32,000 bases of DNA from Candidatus Saccharimonadota bacterium. GTDB taxonomy: Bacteria; Patescibacteriota; Saccharimonadia; Saccharimonadales; Saccharimonadaceae. Shown piece by piece: positions 1 through 7,554 of this stretch; within the stretch, counting starts at the first letter, position 1, and the number at the start of each line of letters is the position of its first letter. Location of the stretch: assembly GCF_025273655.1 (NCBI RefSeq), contig NZ_CP045921.1, forward strand, positions 690,001 through 722,000. The letters run 5' to 3'. The notes under the pieces are model-generated. The model saw only the letters and a list, made by a program, of their open reading frames with translations, did not search any database and was not told the origin of the DNA. Made by a program: the position numbers and the translations under genes.

Positions 1-72
1 CACATCACGCGGCTCCTCGAGCGTGTCGAGACGCGCCAGCAGTACAGACTCTAGTTGTTGTATCTCGTTCAT
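1..72 (-). CDS. hypothetical protein, N-terminal fragment (gene runs off the left edge)
   Basis: Minus-strand ATG at 70-72 opens a frame (MNEIQQLESVLLARLDTLEEPRDV) still open at position 1. TATACT on the minus strand at 82-87, 9 nt upstream. Only 24 codons visible, so no family call is possible. Confidence 0.3.
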   Translation of the reverse strand, partial: MNEIQQLESVLLARLDTLEEPRDV

Positions 73-109
73 CTGTTTCTCAGTATACCGCAAAACCAGT
101 CGAACCGCA

Positions 110-352
110 TCAGCTGGAGCGGATAATCAGGTAGATCACGACTGCAACCGTCGCCGCACCGAGCGCCAGCCATACAGCCAGTAGTGGCGATGATTTATGT
201 GTATCATTCACAATATCGGCATCACGCTCACCATCGTACTGTGGCCCCTCGATATCCGACTTTGACTTTTCGGCAGCTTTGGCGCGCAGATCAGCCGCAA
301 TTTTCTCTTGCAGTTCGGTCCGTTTCTCGTCTTGACGTACATATAGTCCCAT
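110..352 (-). CDS. small tail-anchored membrane protein, unknown function
   Basis: Frame of ORF-track entry 110-415. Charged helical N-part (EKRTELQEKIAADLRAKAAEKSK) and one C-terminal hydrophobic helix (LLAVWLALGAATVAVVIYLII). I prefer ATG 352 (TACTAT on the minus strand at 359-364, 6 nt upstream, no SD) over ATG 415, which would lie on the divergent channel-gene promoter. Start remains uncertain. Confidence 0.45.
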   Translation of the reverse strand: MGLYVRQDEKRTELQEKIAADLRAKAAEKSKSDIEGPQYDGERDADIVNDTHKSSPLLAVWLALGAATVAVVIYLIIRSS

Positions 353-378
353 AGCTTCATAGTACCACGATAAAGCTT

Positions 379-407
379 TTGCTACTACTTTGCGTATGGT
401 GTATACT
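379..407 (+). promoter_or_regulatory. sigma70-like promoter of the MIP channel gene
   Basis: TTGCTA (379-384), 17-nt spacer, TATACT (402-407). Predicted start near 414 leaves a ~27-nt leader containing AAGGAGGG. Confidence 0.5.
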
Positions 408-440
408 AGACCCATATTTCACTATAAAGGAGGGAAATAC

Positions 441-1319
441 ATGGCAACTAAAAAAGCCGCTTCCGCGAAAAAGTCCACACCGACCGCAGCGAAGCAAACC
501 AAAACCAAAGTAACGACTGTCAAAGCGGTTGCTGCCGATGCTACACCTAAAGCGCCAGCCGCCCTCAAGTCAAAACGCAACGTTCTCCAGGGTCGTTCGG
601 TCATCCTCGGCGCTTTTATCGCAGAGTTTATCGGCACTTTCATCTTGGCGTCTGTCGCTGTACATAGCCAAGGTCAACCACTGTACGTCGGTTTTGCGCT
701 CATCGCAATCGTACTGACTATTGGCACGCTTTCGGGCTCACACGTCAACCCACTGGTCACTGTAGGTGCATGGGCAACACGTAAGATTACCGGTCTGCGC
801 GCTATTGGCTACATCGTCGCTCAGGTGCTCGGTGCCCTGCTTGCGTTTGTCGTCGCATCTGCCTACACCAATGCCGCTCCAGAAGTAAGCCAACAAGCGC
901 AAATGCTTGGACAGTCTTCTGTGAAACTGTTTGAAGCCAACCCAATTCCAGCCGGCAAAGAATTCTACATCTTCTTCGCTGAAATGCTTGGTGCTGCAAT
1001 CTTTGCGCTGGCCGTTTCGAGCGCTATCCGCGAAAAACGAAACCGTGCAGCTCAAGCACTCACTGTTGGTCTTGGCCTCTTTGTAGCCCTGGTGATTGCT
1101 GGCGTATCAGCAAGCTACATCGGCGGTACTGCAGTGGTCAACCCGGCTATCGCATTCACAGTGCAAGCTGTATCGTTTAGCTCAAGCAACTGGCTCTGGC
1201 CTGTGCTAATCTATATCGTGTCTCCGTTGATCGGTGGTACGATTGGATTCTTCCTGTATGATATCCTGCGTGGCGAAAGCGATGGCGGCGACGACAACCT
1301 CGTCGATGACGTACTCTAG
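441..1319 (+). CDS. MIP/aquaporin-family channel with Lys/Ala/Thr-rich N-terminal tail
   Basis: ATG 441 preceded by AAGGAGGG (427-434). Six hydrophobic segments and the two MIP half-helix signatures: HVNPLVT (NPL variant, nt 747-755) and VVNPAIAF (NPA, nt 1140-1148). The first ~55 aa are a basic low-complexity tail (ATKKAASAKKSTPTAAKQTKTK...). Confidence 0.9.
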   Translation: MATKKAASAKKSTPTAAKQTKTKVTTVKAVAADATPKAPAALKSKRNVLQGRSVILGAFIAEFIGTFILASVAVHSQGQPLYVGFALIAIVLTIGTLSGSHVNPLVTVGAWATRKITGLRAIGYIVAQVLGALLAFVVASAYTNAAPEVSQQAQMLGQSSVKLFEANPIPAGKEFYIFFAEMLGAAIFALAVSSAIREKRNRAAQALTVGLGLFVALVIAGVSASYIGGTAVVNPAIAFTVQAVSFSSSNWLWPVLIYIVSPLIGGTIGFFLYDILRGESDGGDDNLVDDVL

Positions 1320-1336
1320 GAAATCCTATAGTAGCA

Positions 1337-1365
1337 AAACACCCGGGAAAGTCCGGGTGTTTTCT
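1337..1365. terminator. bidirectional intrinsic terminator between convergent channel gene and rmuC
   Basis: AAACACCCGG (1337-1346) pairs with CCGGGTGTTT (1353-1362), 6-nt loop. T-run follows on the plus strand; the A-run before it gives a T-run on the minus strand. Confidence 0.7.
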
Positions 1366-1373
1366 GTTGGTGA

Positions 1374-2447
1374 CTACTCGTCTCGCTGCGGTTTATCTAT
1401 CAGTATGGGCTCAACACTCGGCTCGGTCTCGGCAATCTTGACGACATCTTTGTCGATCTTTTTTAGCTCTTTATGTGCGTTGTTGTAATGGTTCACTGTC
1501 GTACCCAGACTAGCTCCCAGCTTCTGCATAAGCTGCTCATACACTGCGATATGACGACCTAGCTGGCCGACCCTTACTTGAATCTCTTTGGCTTGCTGTT
1601 CGATCTGCAGACTTCTCAGCCCCTGCAGTACTGTCTGCAGATACGCCATGAAACTTGTCGGGCTCACGATAATCACCTTTTTATCACGCACTGCGTATTC
1701 CACCAGATCACGCGCACTCGCACCAGTGCCTACATCACCGATCAGCAGGTCGTAATAGAGCGACTCACTCGGGATAAACATGAAAGCAAATTCCATCGTG
1801 TGCTCGTCTGGTCGAATATATTTACTCGTCTCGTCGATACGACCCTTCAGATCGCTGCGTACTTTTGCCAGCAGCGCTTCCCGCTCGGCTTTAGTCTTGC
1901 TGGCCACCATACGGTTATAATTCTCGAGGCTAAACTTACTATCTACCGGTAGTATCTTGTCACCTTCGAGCCGCACCACTGCGTCGGCTATCTCGCCGTC
2001 TTGAAACTTATACTGCATCGTAAACTGTTTTGGCGGCAGAACGTTTTCGAGCACGCTTTCTAGATAATATTCACCGAACACACCTCGCTGCTTAGGATTC
2101 GACAAAACATTTTGAAGCGTCTTGAGCTCGTCTGCCACGTCCACTACACGCTTATTTGTTTCATCGATTTTTGCGAGACGCGTACTCACGTCTCCAATCA
2201 ATTTTGCGCTTTCGGTCAATTGACGCTGCATCGATTGCTGCATGCGCAGTGTACCGTGATCGAGTTTGTCACCCACGTGCTGCTGCATGGCTGCCAGTGA
2301 ACGGTTAAGTTCAACAATATCTGTTTTAAGAAGCGAAGTCGTATCGTGTTGTTCAAGTCGCTGAATTTTTTGCATGAGCACATAGATTGTGACAGCAAAT
2401 CCAACTACAAGGCACACAACAAGTACCGTAAGTATAAGCATATCCAT
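1374..2447 (-). CDS. rmuC: DNA recombination protein RmuC
   Basis: 357 aa. N-terminal TM helix, long coiled-coil region, then RmuC-type core (FAFMFIPSESLYYDLL, VIIVSPTSFMAYLQTV). TATACT (minus, 2454-2459) lies 6 nt upstream of ATG 2447, with no SD. Confidence 0.85.
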   Translation of the reverse strand: MDMLILTVLVVCLVVGFAVTIYVLMQKIQRLEQHDTTSLLKTDIVELNRSLAAMQQHVGDKLDHGTLRMQQSMQRQLTESAKLIGDVSTRLAKIDETNKRVVDVADELKTLQNVLSNPKQRGVFGEYYLESVLENVLPPKQFTMQYKFQDGEIADAVVRLEGDKILPVDSKFSLENYNRMVASKTKAEREALLAKVRSDLKGRIDETSKYIRPDEHTMEFAFMFIPSESLYYDLLIGDVGTGASARDLVEYAVRDKKVIIVSPTSFMAYLQTVLQGLRSLQIEQQAKEIQVRVGQLGRHIAVYEQLMQKLGASLGTTVNHYNNAHKELKKIDKDVVKIAETEPSVEPILIDKPQRDE

Positions 2448-2462
2448 GTTTCTAGTATAACA

Positions 2463-2948
2463 CTAGAGCGCCATCGGAATGAGGCGAGTCGCCAGGGCTA
2501 CTAGCGCAAAGACAATCAACACGACGACTGCGTGACGAATGCGCGCCACCCAGGCATAGAGGCTGTAGAGCAGGGCATAGAGTAGCGCGCTCCAGAGCAC
2601 CTGCTCCACCATGCTGAGATTTTGTAGCCAAGCCGCCATACCCCAGAGGCTTATGGCGCCGCCAAGTACAATCAGCAGTGGTCGGAAGACGCTGAGACGC
2701 ACCAGCGCTACTACGCCGATAATCGCCACGATAACTGCTGCGATATTACCTGCATACGTCGTGACATTGACGCAGGCAGCAGCCGACGGATCACCACAAA
2801 ACAGCGCACGCAGTACAAATCGTTCCAACAGGACTGTGAGCCCCCAAGTCAAAACACCGAGCACTAGGCCGGTGACAGCAACTTTGATACTCAGGCGTCC
2901 ATCTTGTTCGATGATTGCAGGTTTTGCTTCTGTGACATAGTCTACCAT
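2463..2948 (-). CDS. polytopic membrane protein, unknown function
   Basis: 161-aa ORF with about five hydrophobic segments. GGAGAG 6 nt upstream of ATG 2948. No recognisable motif. Confidence 0.6.
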   Translation of the reverse strand: MVDYVTEAKPAIIEQDGRLSIKVAVTGLVLGVLTWGLTVLLERFVLRALFCGDPSAAACVNVTTYAGNIAAVIVAIIGVVALVRLSVFRPLLIVLGGAISLWGMAAWLQNLSMVEQVLWSALLYALLYSLYAWVARIRHAVVVLIVFALVALATRLIPMAL

Positions 2949-3000
2949 CTGCAGCTCTCCATATACTCACTTACACGTTTTGTATATCATACACTATACA

Positions 3001-3483
3001 TCATTTTTTAGCAAGTTTTTTTGTAGCCTGGATATCATCGAGATACCACAATGCCCCAATCGCCGCTGCAAACACTCCACCCGCCACGTCGAGAGGAGTA
3101 TGTACGAGAGCCAGCACTCGTCCAAGACAGACAAGTGTCGCTACGACAGCCATTACACAGGTCAACCACGGCTTCCTCACCCCGTACCACACCGCAAAGA
3201 CAAGCACCCACACAAATAACGCATGGTCTGACGGAAAACCAGGGTTATTCAAATACGATGCGCCCGGATCAACTCCCAGTAGTTCAAATGGCCGCTCAGT
3301 ACTCGGCTGCCATGCGAGCGCCATCAGTTTGGCGACAAAGTAAGAAGTAAGTCCCGCAAGCAGCATACGCGAGTACACCCGAAACTTCTCGCGGTTTGGC
3401 ACCAGCCAGACTAGTGTCACTACGGCAGTCAGCACAAGTGGCACCACTATCCCGTCTGCAAGCACCTTGATAAGCGTGTCCAT
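3001..3483 (-). CDS. PAP2-family lipid phosphatase (undecaprenyl-diphosphatase/phosphatidate phosphatase-like)
   Basis: 160 aa, hydrophobic. The three PAP2 motifs occur in order: STERPF (KxxxxxxRP-type), PSDH (PSGH-type), GRVLALVHTPLDV (SRxxxxxHxxxD-type). Confidence 0.8.
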   Translation of the reverse strand: MDTLIKVLADGIVVPLVLTAVVTLVWLVPNREKFRVYSRMLLAGLTSYFVAKLMALAWQPSTERPFELLGVDPGASYLNNPGFPSDHALFVWVLVFAVWYGVRKPWLTCVMAVVATLVCLGRVLALVHTPLDVAGGVFAAAIGALWYLDDIQATKKLAKK

Positions 3484-3500
3484 ACGTATCCAGTATACGC

Positions 3501-4397
3501 CTATTCCTCAGCTGGCGCACCCGCAAACACCACGCCACGCTTGTCGAACTCTTTCTTTAGCCGGCGACGGAATTCACCAGCTACCGCCCACTGCTCGGCT
3601 GGCTCTACGCGCCCAAGCGCCTTAATACGCACTCCAGTATCAGTCAGGTCATCCACTCGCAAAAATTGGATTGGTTCAAAGATACTACGCGACCACGTAT
3701 CAGACTTAGCCATTTTTTGTCCCACTTCGTTGATAATCTCTTCTACATCATCAATATCACTGGCATATGCCACGTCAACATCAATATTTACGTTGGCATA
3801 TTTGTAGCTCAGATTCGTGACAGCCTGCGCGGCACCATTGCCAATAATGTGCAAGTTACCGTCCAGATCACGTAGCCGAGTAATACGCACGGTCAGATCC
3901 TCCACTGTACCGCTCAGAGCGATACCCGCCACCTGCATTTCTACCACATCGCCTACTCGATACTGGTTTTCACCCAGTACAAACAGTCCGGCCACGAAGT
4001 CTTTGATGACATTTTGAGCGCCAAATCCCACCACGACGCCGATTAGTCCCGCACTCGTGAGAAGCGTGCTAAGCTGAAATCCGAGTTGGGTCAAAATCAC
4101 CAACGCAGCGATAATCCAGATGATCACGCCGACAGATGTACGCAAAATCCCTTGCAGCGTCTGCTCGCGCTTATGCTCGTCGATCTTGCTTGCGTAACGA
4201 TGCCCTCGTACCGATCGCCGTACCAACACACCGATACTATGTTGGACGATAATCAGCAAAATCAATGTCGTGATAATCGTGAGCAATACCTGCACTAGCG
4301 TATTTTTCACTAGTACTGTATGCAGCGCATCCCAGTCAATCGAGTTGAATTGTTCCATATCTCCTAAAGTTGTCATGCTTATAATCACACTTAGCAT
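3501..4397 (-). CDS. MscS-family mechanosensitive channel
   Basis: 298 aa. N-terminal TM segments, then the MscS pore/beta-domain signature GFGAQNVIKDFVAGLFVLGENQYRVGDVV. Start ambiguous (ATG 4397, 4376 or 4358); none has a well-spaced SD. Confidence 0.85.
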   Translation of the reverse strand: MLSVIISMTTLGDMEQFNSIDWDALHTVLVKNTLVQVLLTIITTLILLIIVQHSIGVLVRRSVRGHRYASKIDEHKREQTLQGILRTSVGVIIWIIAALVILTQLGFQLSTLLTSAGLIGVVVGFGAQNVIKDFVAGLFVLGENQYRVGDVVEMQVAGIALSGTVEDLTVRITRLRDLDGNLHIIGNGAAQAVTNLSYKYANVNIDVDVAYASDIDDVEEIINEVGQKMAKSDTWSRSIFEPIQFLRVDDLTDTGVRIKALGRVEPAEQWAVAGEFRRRLKKEFDKRGVVFAGAPAEE

Positions 4398-4667
4398 AGC
4401 ACACTAGAGAGGGTATCTGCTAGCTGCTCAGTTAATTTTTGAGTGTCTGTTCTCTCCATGCAAACCAGATACATTCATATCCTGCGCGGGCTCATATTAC
4501 TCTTCATATGGCATTTTATCGCCGCACCCAATAATCAAACAACACACTAAACCATACTGTCGATGAGCACACCTCGCATACTTATTACAGTCTTGAAGTT
4601 CCTTGTGCCATAAACCTATCGACAGCAAAAGGGTGATTGCCTTGCAGATTCTGACATTCCCGCTTAA

Positions 4668-5024
4668 CTACGCCTTTATAAGATCACTGTCTGTTGGTCG
4701 TTGTAATGTAACCTTCTTGTAATCGTTCGGATCCTGGTAACCCATAGCATTCGTTCGCATTATTGTCACCTGGTGCTCTTGTACCTCCTTCAATACGCAG
4801 GCATGCCAACTTTGCTCATCCCGATCAAAGTACTGCCATACACCAGTCAGTACACTCATACCATGCTCGCGAAGTATCAGTTCTGCTGTCGCACGGTCTT
4901 CGGTACGCTCTATCGTATAGCCAAACACAGTTTGCGCCTGCCAACCTGTCGCGTCTTGTACTAAGTACCCTACCAGCTCCTTGTCTGATTCACGGTGAAG
5001 AGGTACTCTGCGTGCTTTTGTCAT
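4668..5024 (-). CDS. hypothetical cytoplasmic protein (118 aa)
   Basis: ORF-track entry 4668-5210 trimmed to ATG 5024, because the upstream part crosses tRNA-Gln and its terminator. TATTAT (minus, 5032-5037) is 7 nt upstream of the ATG. No family recognised (MTKARRVPLHRESDKELVGYLVQDATGW...). Confidence 0.55.
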   Translation of the reverse strand: MTKARRVPLHRESDKELVGYLVQDATGWQAQTVFGYTIERTEDRATAELILREHGMSVLTGVWQYFDRDEQSWHACVLKEVQEHQVTIMRTNAMGYQDPNDYKKVTLQRPTDSDLIKA

Positions 5025-5106
5025 TCCTCTTATAATAACAAAAATGGATAAGACAGGGGCATATCGTCTTAGGCTTAAGAGTTCGAATCCCAACAACCTA
5101 TAAACG

Positions 5107-5137
5107 AAAATATCCCGACCAAAGGTCGGGATATTTT
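5107..5137 (-). terminator. intrinsic terminator after tRNA-Gln
   Basis: Perfect 14-bp stem AAAATATCCCGACC / GGTCGGGATATTTT with a 3-nt loop, immediately downstream (minus strand) of the tRNA 3' end. U-rich on both strands. Confidence 0.7.
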
Positions 5138-5139
5138 CG

Positions 5140-5214
5140 TGGCTGGGATGGAGGGATTCGAACCCCCGAATGCTGGAACCAGAACCCAGTGCCTTACCAC
5201 TTGGCGACATCCCA
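5140..5214 (-). tRNA. tRNA-Gln (anticodon CUG), CCA encoded
   Basis: Minus-strand sequence TGGGATGTCGCCAAGTGGTAAGGCACTGGGTTCTGGTTCCAGCATTCGGGGGTTCGAATCCCTCCATCCCAGCCA. 7-bp acceptor stem, anticodon loop TTCTGGT, T-loop TTCGAAT. Closely resembles E. coli tRNA-Gln as I recall it. Confidence 0.9.
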
Positions 5215-5246
5215 ATACCGTGATGAACAGAATTAATTATACTCTT

Positions 5247-5690
5247 CTAGCGGCGCTTTTTCAACGGTCGTAGCGGCATACCCGCAATCCATACCGATAC
5301 CACAGCCAAAATGATACCAAGATATGAAATTATCATCGCCACAGATGCTTCTGTGCCGCCACTATATAGTTCTAGCCACCACGCCCCAAGCAGCCAACCC
5401 ACGGGCGCCATGAGCGCACAAAGGAAACTCATAGCACGCATGAGTGGACTCACTGTCATGCGCAGAAGATAAGGGAGCGAAAATACCCCTGCACCCGCTA
5501 CCAATACTGCCACCACCACACCCCAAGTACCACCACCAATACCATATCCTAAGATCGTATCTGTAATATCGTCAAACTTGAACAAGCCATATGTCGTGAC
5601 CAAGACTACCAACGAGGTATAGCAAAGTACGACGACATAGTGATGCGGCTTACGTAGTTTTGAAGCTGGAAGTGCTGTAATCTTTTTCAT
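5247..5690 (-). CDS. polytopic membrane protein, unknown function
   Basis: 147 aa with four hydrophobic segments. TATACT (minus, 5697-5702) is 6 nt upstream of ATG 5690, with no SD. Confidence 0.6.
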   Translation of the reverse strand: MKKITALPASKLRKPHHYVVVLCYTSLVVLVTTYGLFKFDDITDTILGYGIGGGTWGVVVAVLVAGAGVFSLPYLLRMTVSPLMRAMSFLCALMAPVGWLLGAWWLELYSGGTEASVAMIISYLGIILAVVSVWIAGMPLRPLKKRR

Positions 5691-5863
5691 ACTTCCAGTA
5701 TACGCTACTTTTCGTTGTCAAAATCACTTTTATGCTTGTGCTTTTACAATTTGCACTGTATTGTAGTGGATAGCGAAGTTACAAAAACAAACATTTTTAC
5801 AAAAACAAAACGTCAAGATGCTTGTAGCATTCGCTCTACGATATACCCACCACAACACTCTTC

Positions 5864-5887
5864 GACCCCGCATTTAAGTGCGGGGTC
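5864..5887 (-). terminator. GC-rich hairpin downstream of trmD (possible terminator)
   Basis: GACCCCGC / GCGGGGTC 8-bp stem with 8-nt loop, 27 nt after the trmD stop. The minus-strand side has no immediate T-run (one follows ~50 nt later), so termination is uncertain. Confidence 0.4.
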
Positions 5888-5913
5888 TCCTCGTTTTACA
5901 GCAAAGACTGTGT

Positions 5914-6570
5914 TTACTCAGCTTTAAAAGAATTATCTGCGCGCCACTGGGCAATAGCGCCATGATTGCCGCTCATTAACACTTCTGGCACTTTCATCCC
6001 ACGAAATTCTTCTGGCCTAGTATACTGCGGAAACTCCAACGTCTCACCGTCAGCAAAGCTCTCTATCGCCGCACTCTTCTCTCCACCTAACACGCCAGGT
6101 ATAAGCCGTACGATACTATCAACTACCGTCATGGCAGCCAGCTCACCACCCGTGAGTACATAATCACCTATGCGAATCTGCTCATCTACCAGTGTCGTGA
6201 TGCGCTCGTCGTATCCTTCATAGCGTCCACAAATGAAGATATAGCCCTGTTCACTATCGTCAGCGTGGACCTGCGCAGCCGCCTGCACCCACCGCTCACC
6301 ACGCGCGGTCATGAGTAGCACCCTGGCTGTTGGATCGTTTTCTTTTGCTTTTTCGACCGCTGCAAAAAGTGGCTCCGGCTTAAGGAGCATACCATCACCG
6401 CCCCCATATGGAGTATCATCTACCGTCCGACGCGGACCAATACCAAACTCACGCAGATCAACAGTCGACAGTTCAACGATATTATCTTTTTGCGCTTTCC
6501 ACATCATAGAGTTCTCAAACACACCAGTAAACATGTCTGGAAATAATGTTATGACTTGGATTTTTCTCAT
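5914..6570 (-). CDS. trmD: tRNA (guanine37-N1)-methyltransferase TrmD
   Basis: 218 aa. N-terminus MRKIQVITLFPDMF and DDTPYGGGDGMLLKPEP are typical of TrmD (SPOUT knot region). Confidence 0.95.
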   Translation of the reverse strand: MRKIQVITLFPDMFTGVFENSMMWKAQKDNIVELSTVDLREFGIGPRRTVDDTPYGGGDGMLLKPEPLFAAVEKAKENDPTARVLLMTARGERWVQAAAQVHADDSEQGYIFICGRYEGYDERITTLVDEQIRIGDYVLTGGELAAMTVVDSIVRLIPGVLGGEKSAAIESFADGETLEFPQYTRPEEFRGMKVPEVLMSGNHGAIAQWRADNSFKAE

Positions 6571-6590
6571 TGTTACCAGTGTACCTAGTA

Positions 6591-6619
6591 TTGACTTATT
6601 TGTAAATAGTTGCTATAAT
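6591..6619 (+). promoter_or_regulatory. near-consensus sigma70 promoter
   Basis: TTGACT (6591-6596), 17-nt spacer, TATAAT (6614-6619). Drives the opposite-strand orphan gene at 6693. The ~67-nt leader contains a TCTGGG/CCCAGA hairpin (6645-6665) and GGAGAG (6684-6689). Confidence 0.7.
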
Positions 6620-6692
6620 AAATATAGCCTTACGCTCAAGTTTATCTGGGTAAAAGGTGCCCAGACTTGAATCGACTGAAAACGGAGAGATT

Positions 6693-6944
6693 ATGTCTAT
6701 CTGGTCAAATGCCACGGACAAAGAGCTGATCGAGTTCGCCTCATTGGCACACAAGTATCGTTCGGATCTTTCGTCGGCGCTTCAAGTCCGCGAAGAGAAC
6801 GATTACAGGCGGCTAATGAAGCAGGCTGACAAGCTGCTCAGCACAAGTCGAGGCATCATACAGGCGTTTCGCCTTGGTGGTGTCCGAGGAACTGCGATTG
6901 CATACCTGGACAGATACGGTCACGTAATCACATCGCGCATCTAG
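6693..6944 (+). CDS. hypothetical protein (83 aa)
   Basis: ATG 6693 with GGAGAG 3 nt upstream (short spacing). Has its own strong promoter and terminator. No family recognised (MSIWSNATDKELIEFASLAHKYRSD...). Confidence 0.55.
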   Translation: MSIWSNATDKELIEFASLAHKYRSDLSSALQVREENDYRRLMKQADKLLSTSRGIIQAFRLGGVRGTAIAYLDRYGHVITSRI

Positions 6945-6950
6945 CCCATC

Positions 6951-7024
6951 GAAGAAAGCCCGCCGTAGAAGCTATAATCACTTCCACGCGCTTGAGCTCC
7001 TTCGGCGGGCTTTCTTCATTTTTG
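6951..7024 (+). terminator. long-stem hairpin with T-run (terminator of the 6693 gene)
   Basis: GAAGAAAGCCCGCCG (6951-6965) pairs perfectly with CGGCGGGCTTTCTTC (7003-7017) and is followed by ATTTTTG. The loop is unusually long at 37 nt. Confidence 0.6.
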
Positions 7025-7095
7025 ACACTCTTCCATGCGCGACATGAAGTAATATTGTGTTTTTCCACTTTATTTTACAAGGGTATTAGTGCAAG

Positions 7096-7299
7096 CTATA
7101 TTTTCTCAAACACGAGCGTAGCCTGAATACGATCACCACTAAACATACCTTTGCTTCCGCTGCTGGCTGTCGAAATCGTGTGCAATCTATAGCCTTTTGC
7201 TGCTTGTTGATTGATAGTTTTCTCAAGCTCCGTCAAATTTCCAGATCCTGTACCGATAAATTTTTCTTTCAATACTACTTGCAAAACAACGTATTCCAT
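7096..7299 (-). CDS. DUF4177-like small protein
   Basis: 67 aa from ATG 7299 (the track starts 9 nt earlier at a GTG). MEYVVLQV...LEKTINQQAAKGYRLHTIST...LVFEK resembles the DUF4177 pattern (beta-alpha-beta with GW/GY-x-L-x-S). Family call from memory only. Confidence 0.55.
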   Translation of the reverse strand: MEYVVLQVVLKEKFIGTGSGNLTELEKTINQQAAKGYRLHTISTASSGSKGMFSGDRIQATLVFEKI

Positions 7300-7366
7300 A
7301 CTTATCACTTTCTCGTTAAATATAACTGGGTCATGTTAGCGACCCACCCGAGTAAATACTACCACA

Positions 7367-7390
7367 AAACCGCCCCCGAAAGGGCGGTTT
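7367..7390 (-). terminator. intrinsic terminator
   Basis: ACCGCCC / GGGCGGT stem with 6-nt loop, followed on the minus strand by TTTTGTGG. Lies 165 nt downstream of the KH-gene stop. Confidence 0.6.
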
Positions 7391-7554
7391 CGTAGACATA
7401 TAAGGCTCTCAACTCTTATAAAAAGTTGCTCGCATAGAGCGCTTTCTCGCAGTTCATGTCTGTCTGAACTGTGTTTAGTATAGCACGCGTTTTGTGTGAA
7501 ACACAACCATTTTCACGCATGAAATTCGCCGTGTGGACACACTGTGGACAACTA

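Noticed and set aside
4458-4553. 31-aa hydrophobic mini-ORF (MQTRYIHILRGLILLFIWHFIAAPNNQTTH) in the 270-nt spacer upstream of the MscS gene
   Set aside because: No SD and no -10 box at leaderless distance. It cannot be distinguished from chance. The spacer otherwise shows no convincing structure.
5025-5210. N-terminal 62 codons of ORF-track entry 4668-5210
   Set aside because: This part of the frame runs through tRNA-Gln (5140-5214) and its 14-bp terminator hairpin. The translation (MSPSGKALGSGSSIRGFESLHPS...) is simply the tRNA read as protein. CDS trimmed to ATG 5024.
5715-5927. 70-aa plus-strand ORF in the trmD downstream spacer
   Set aside because: No SD or promoter geometry, and low-complexity A/T-driven sequence (KTNIFTKTKRQ). 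It overlaps the trmD stop and the GC hairpin.
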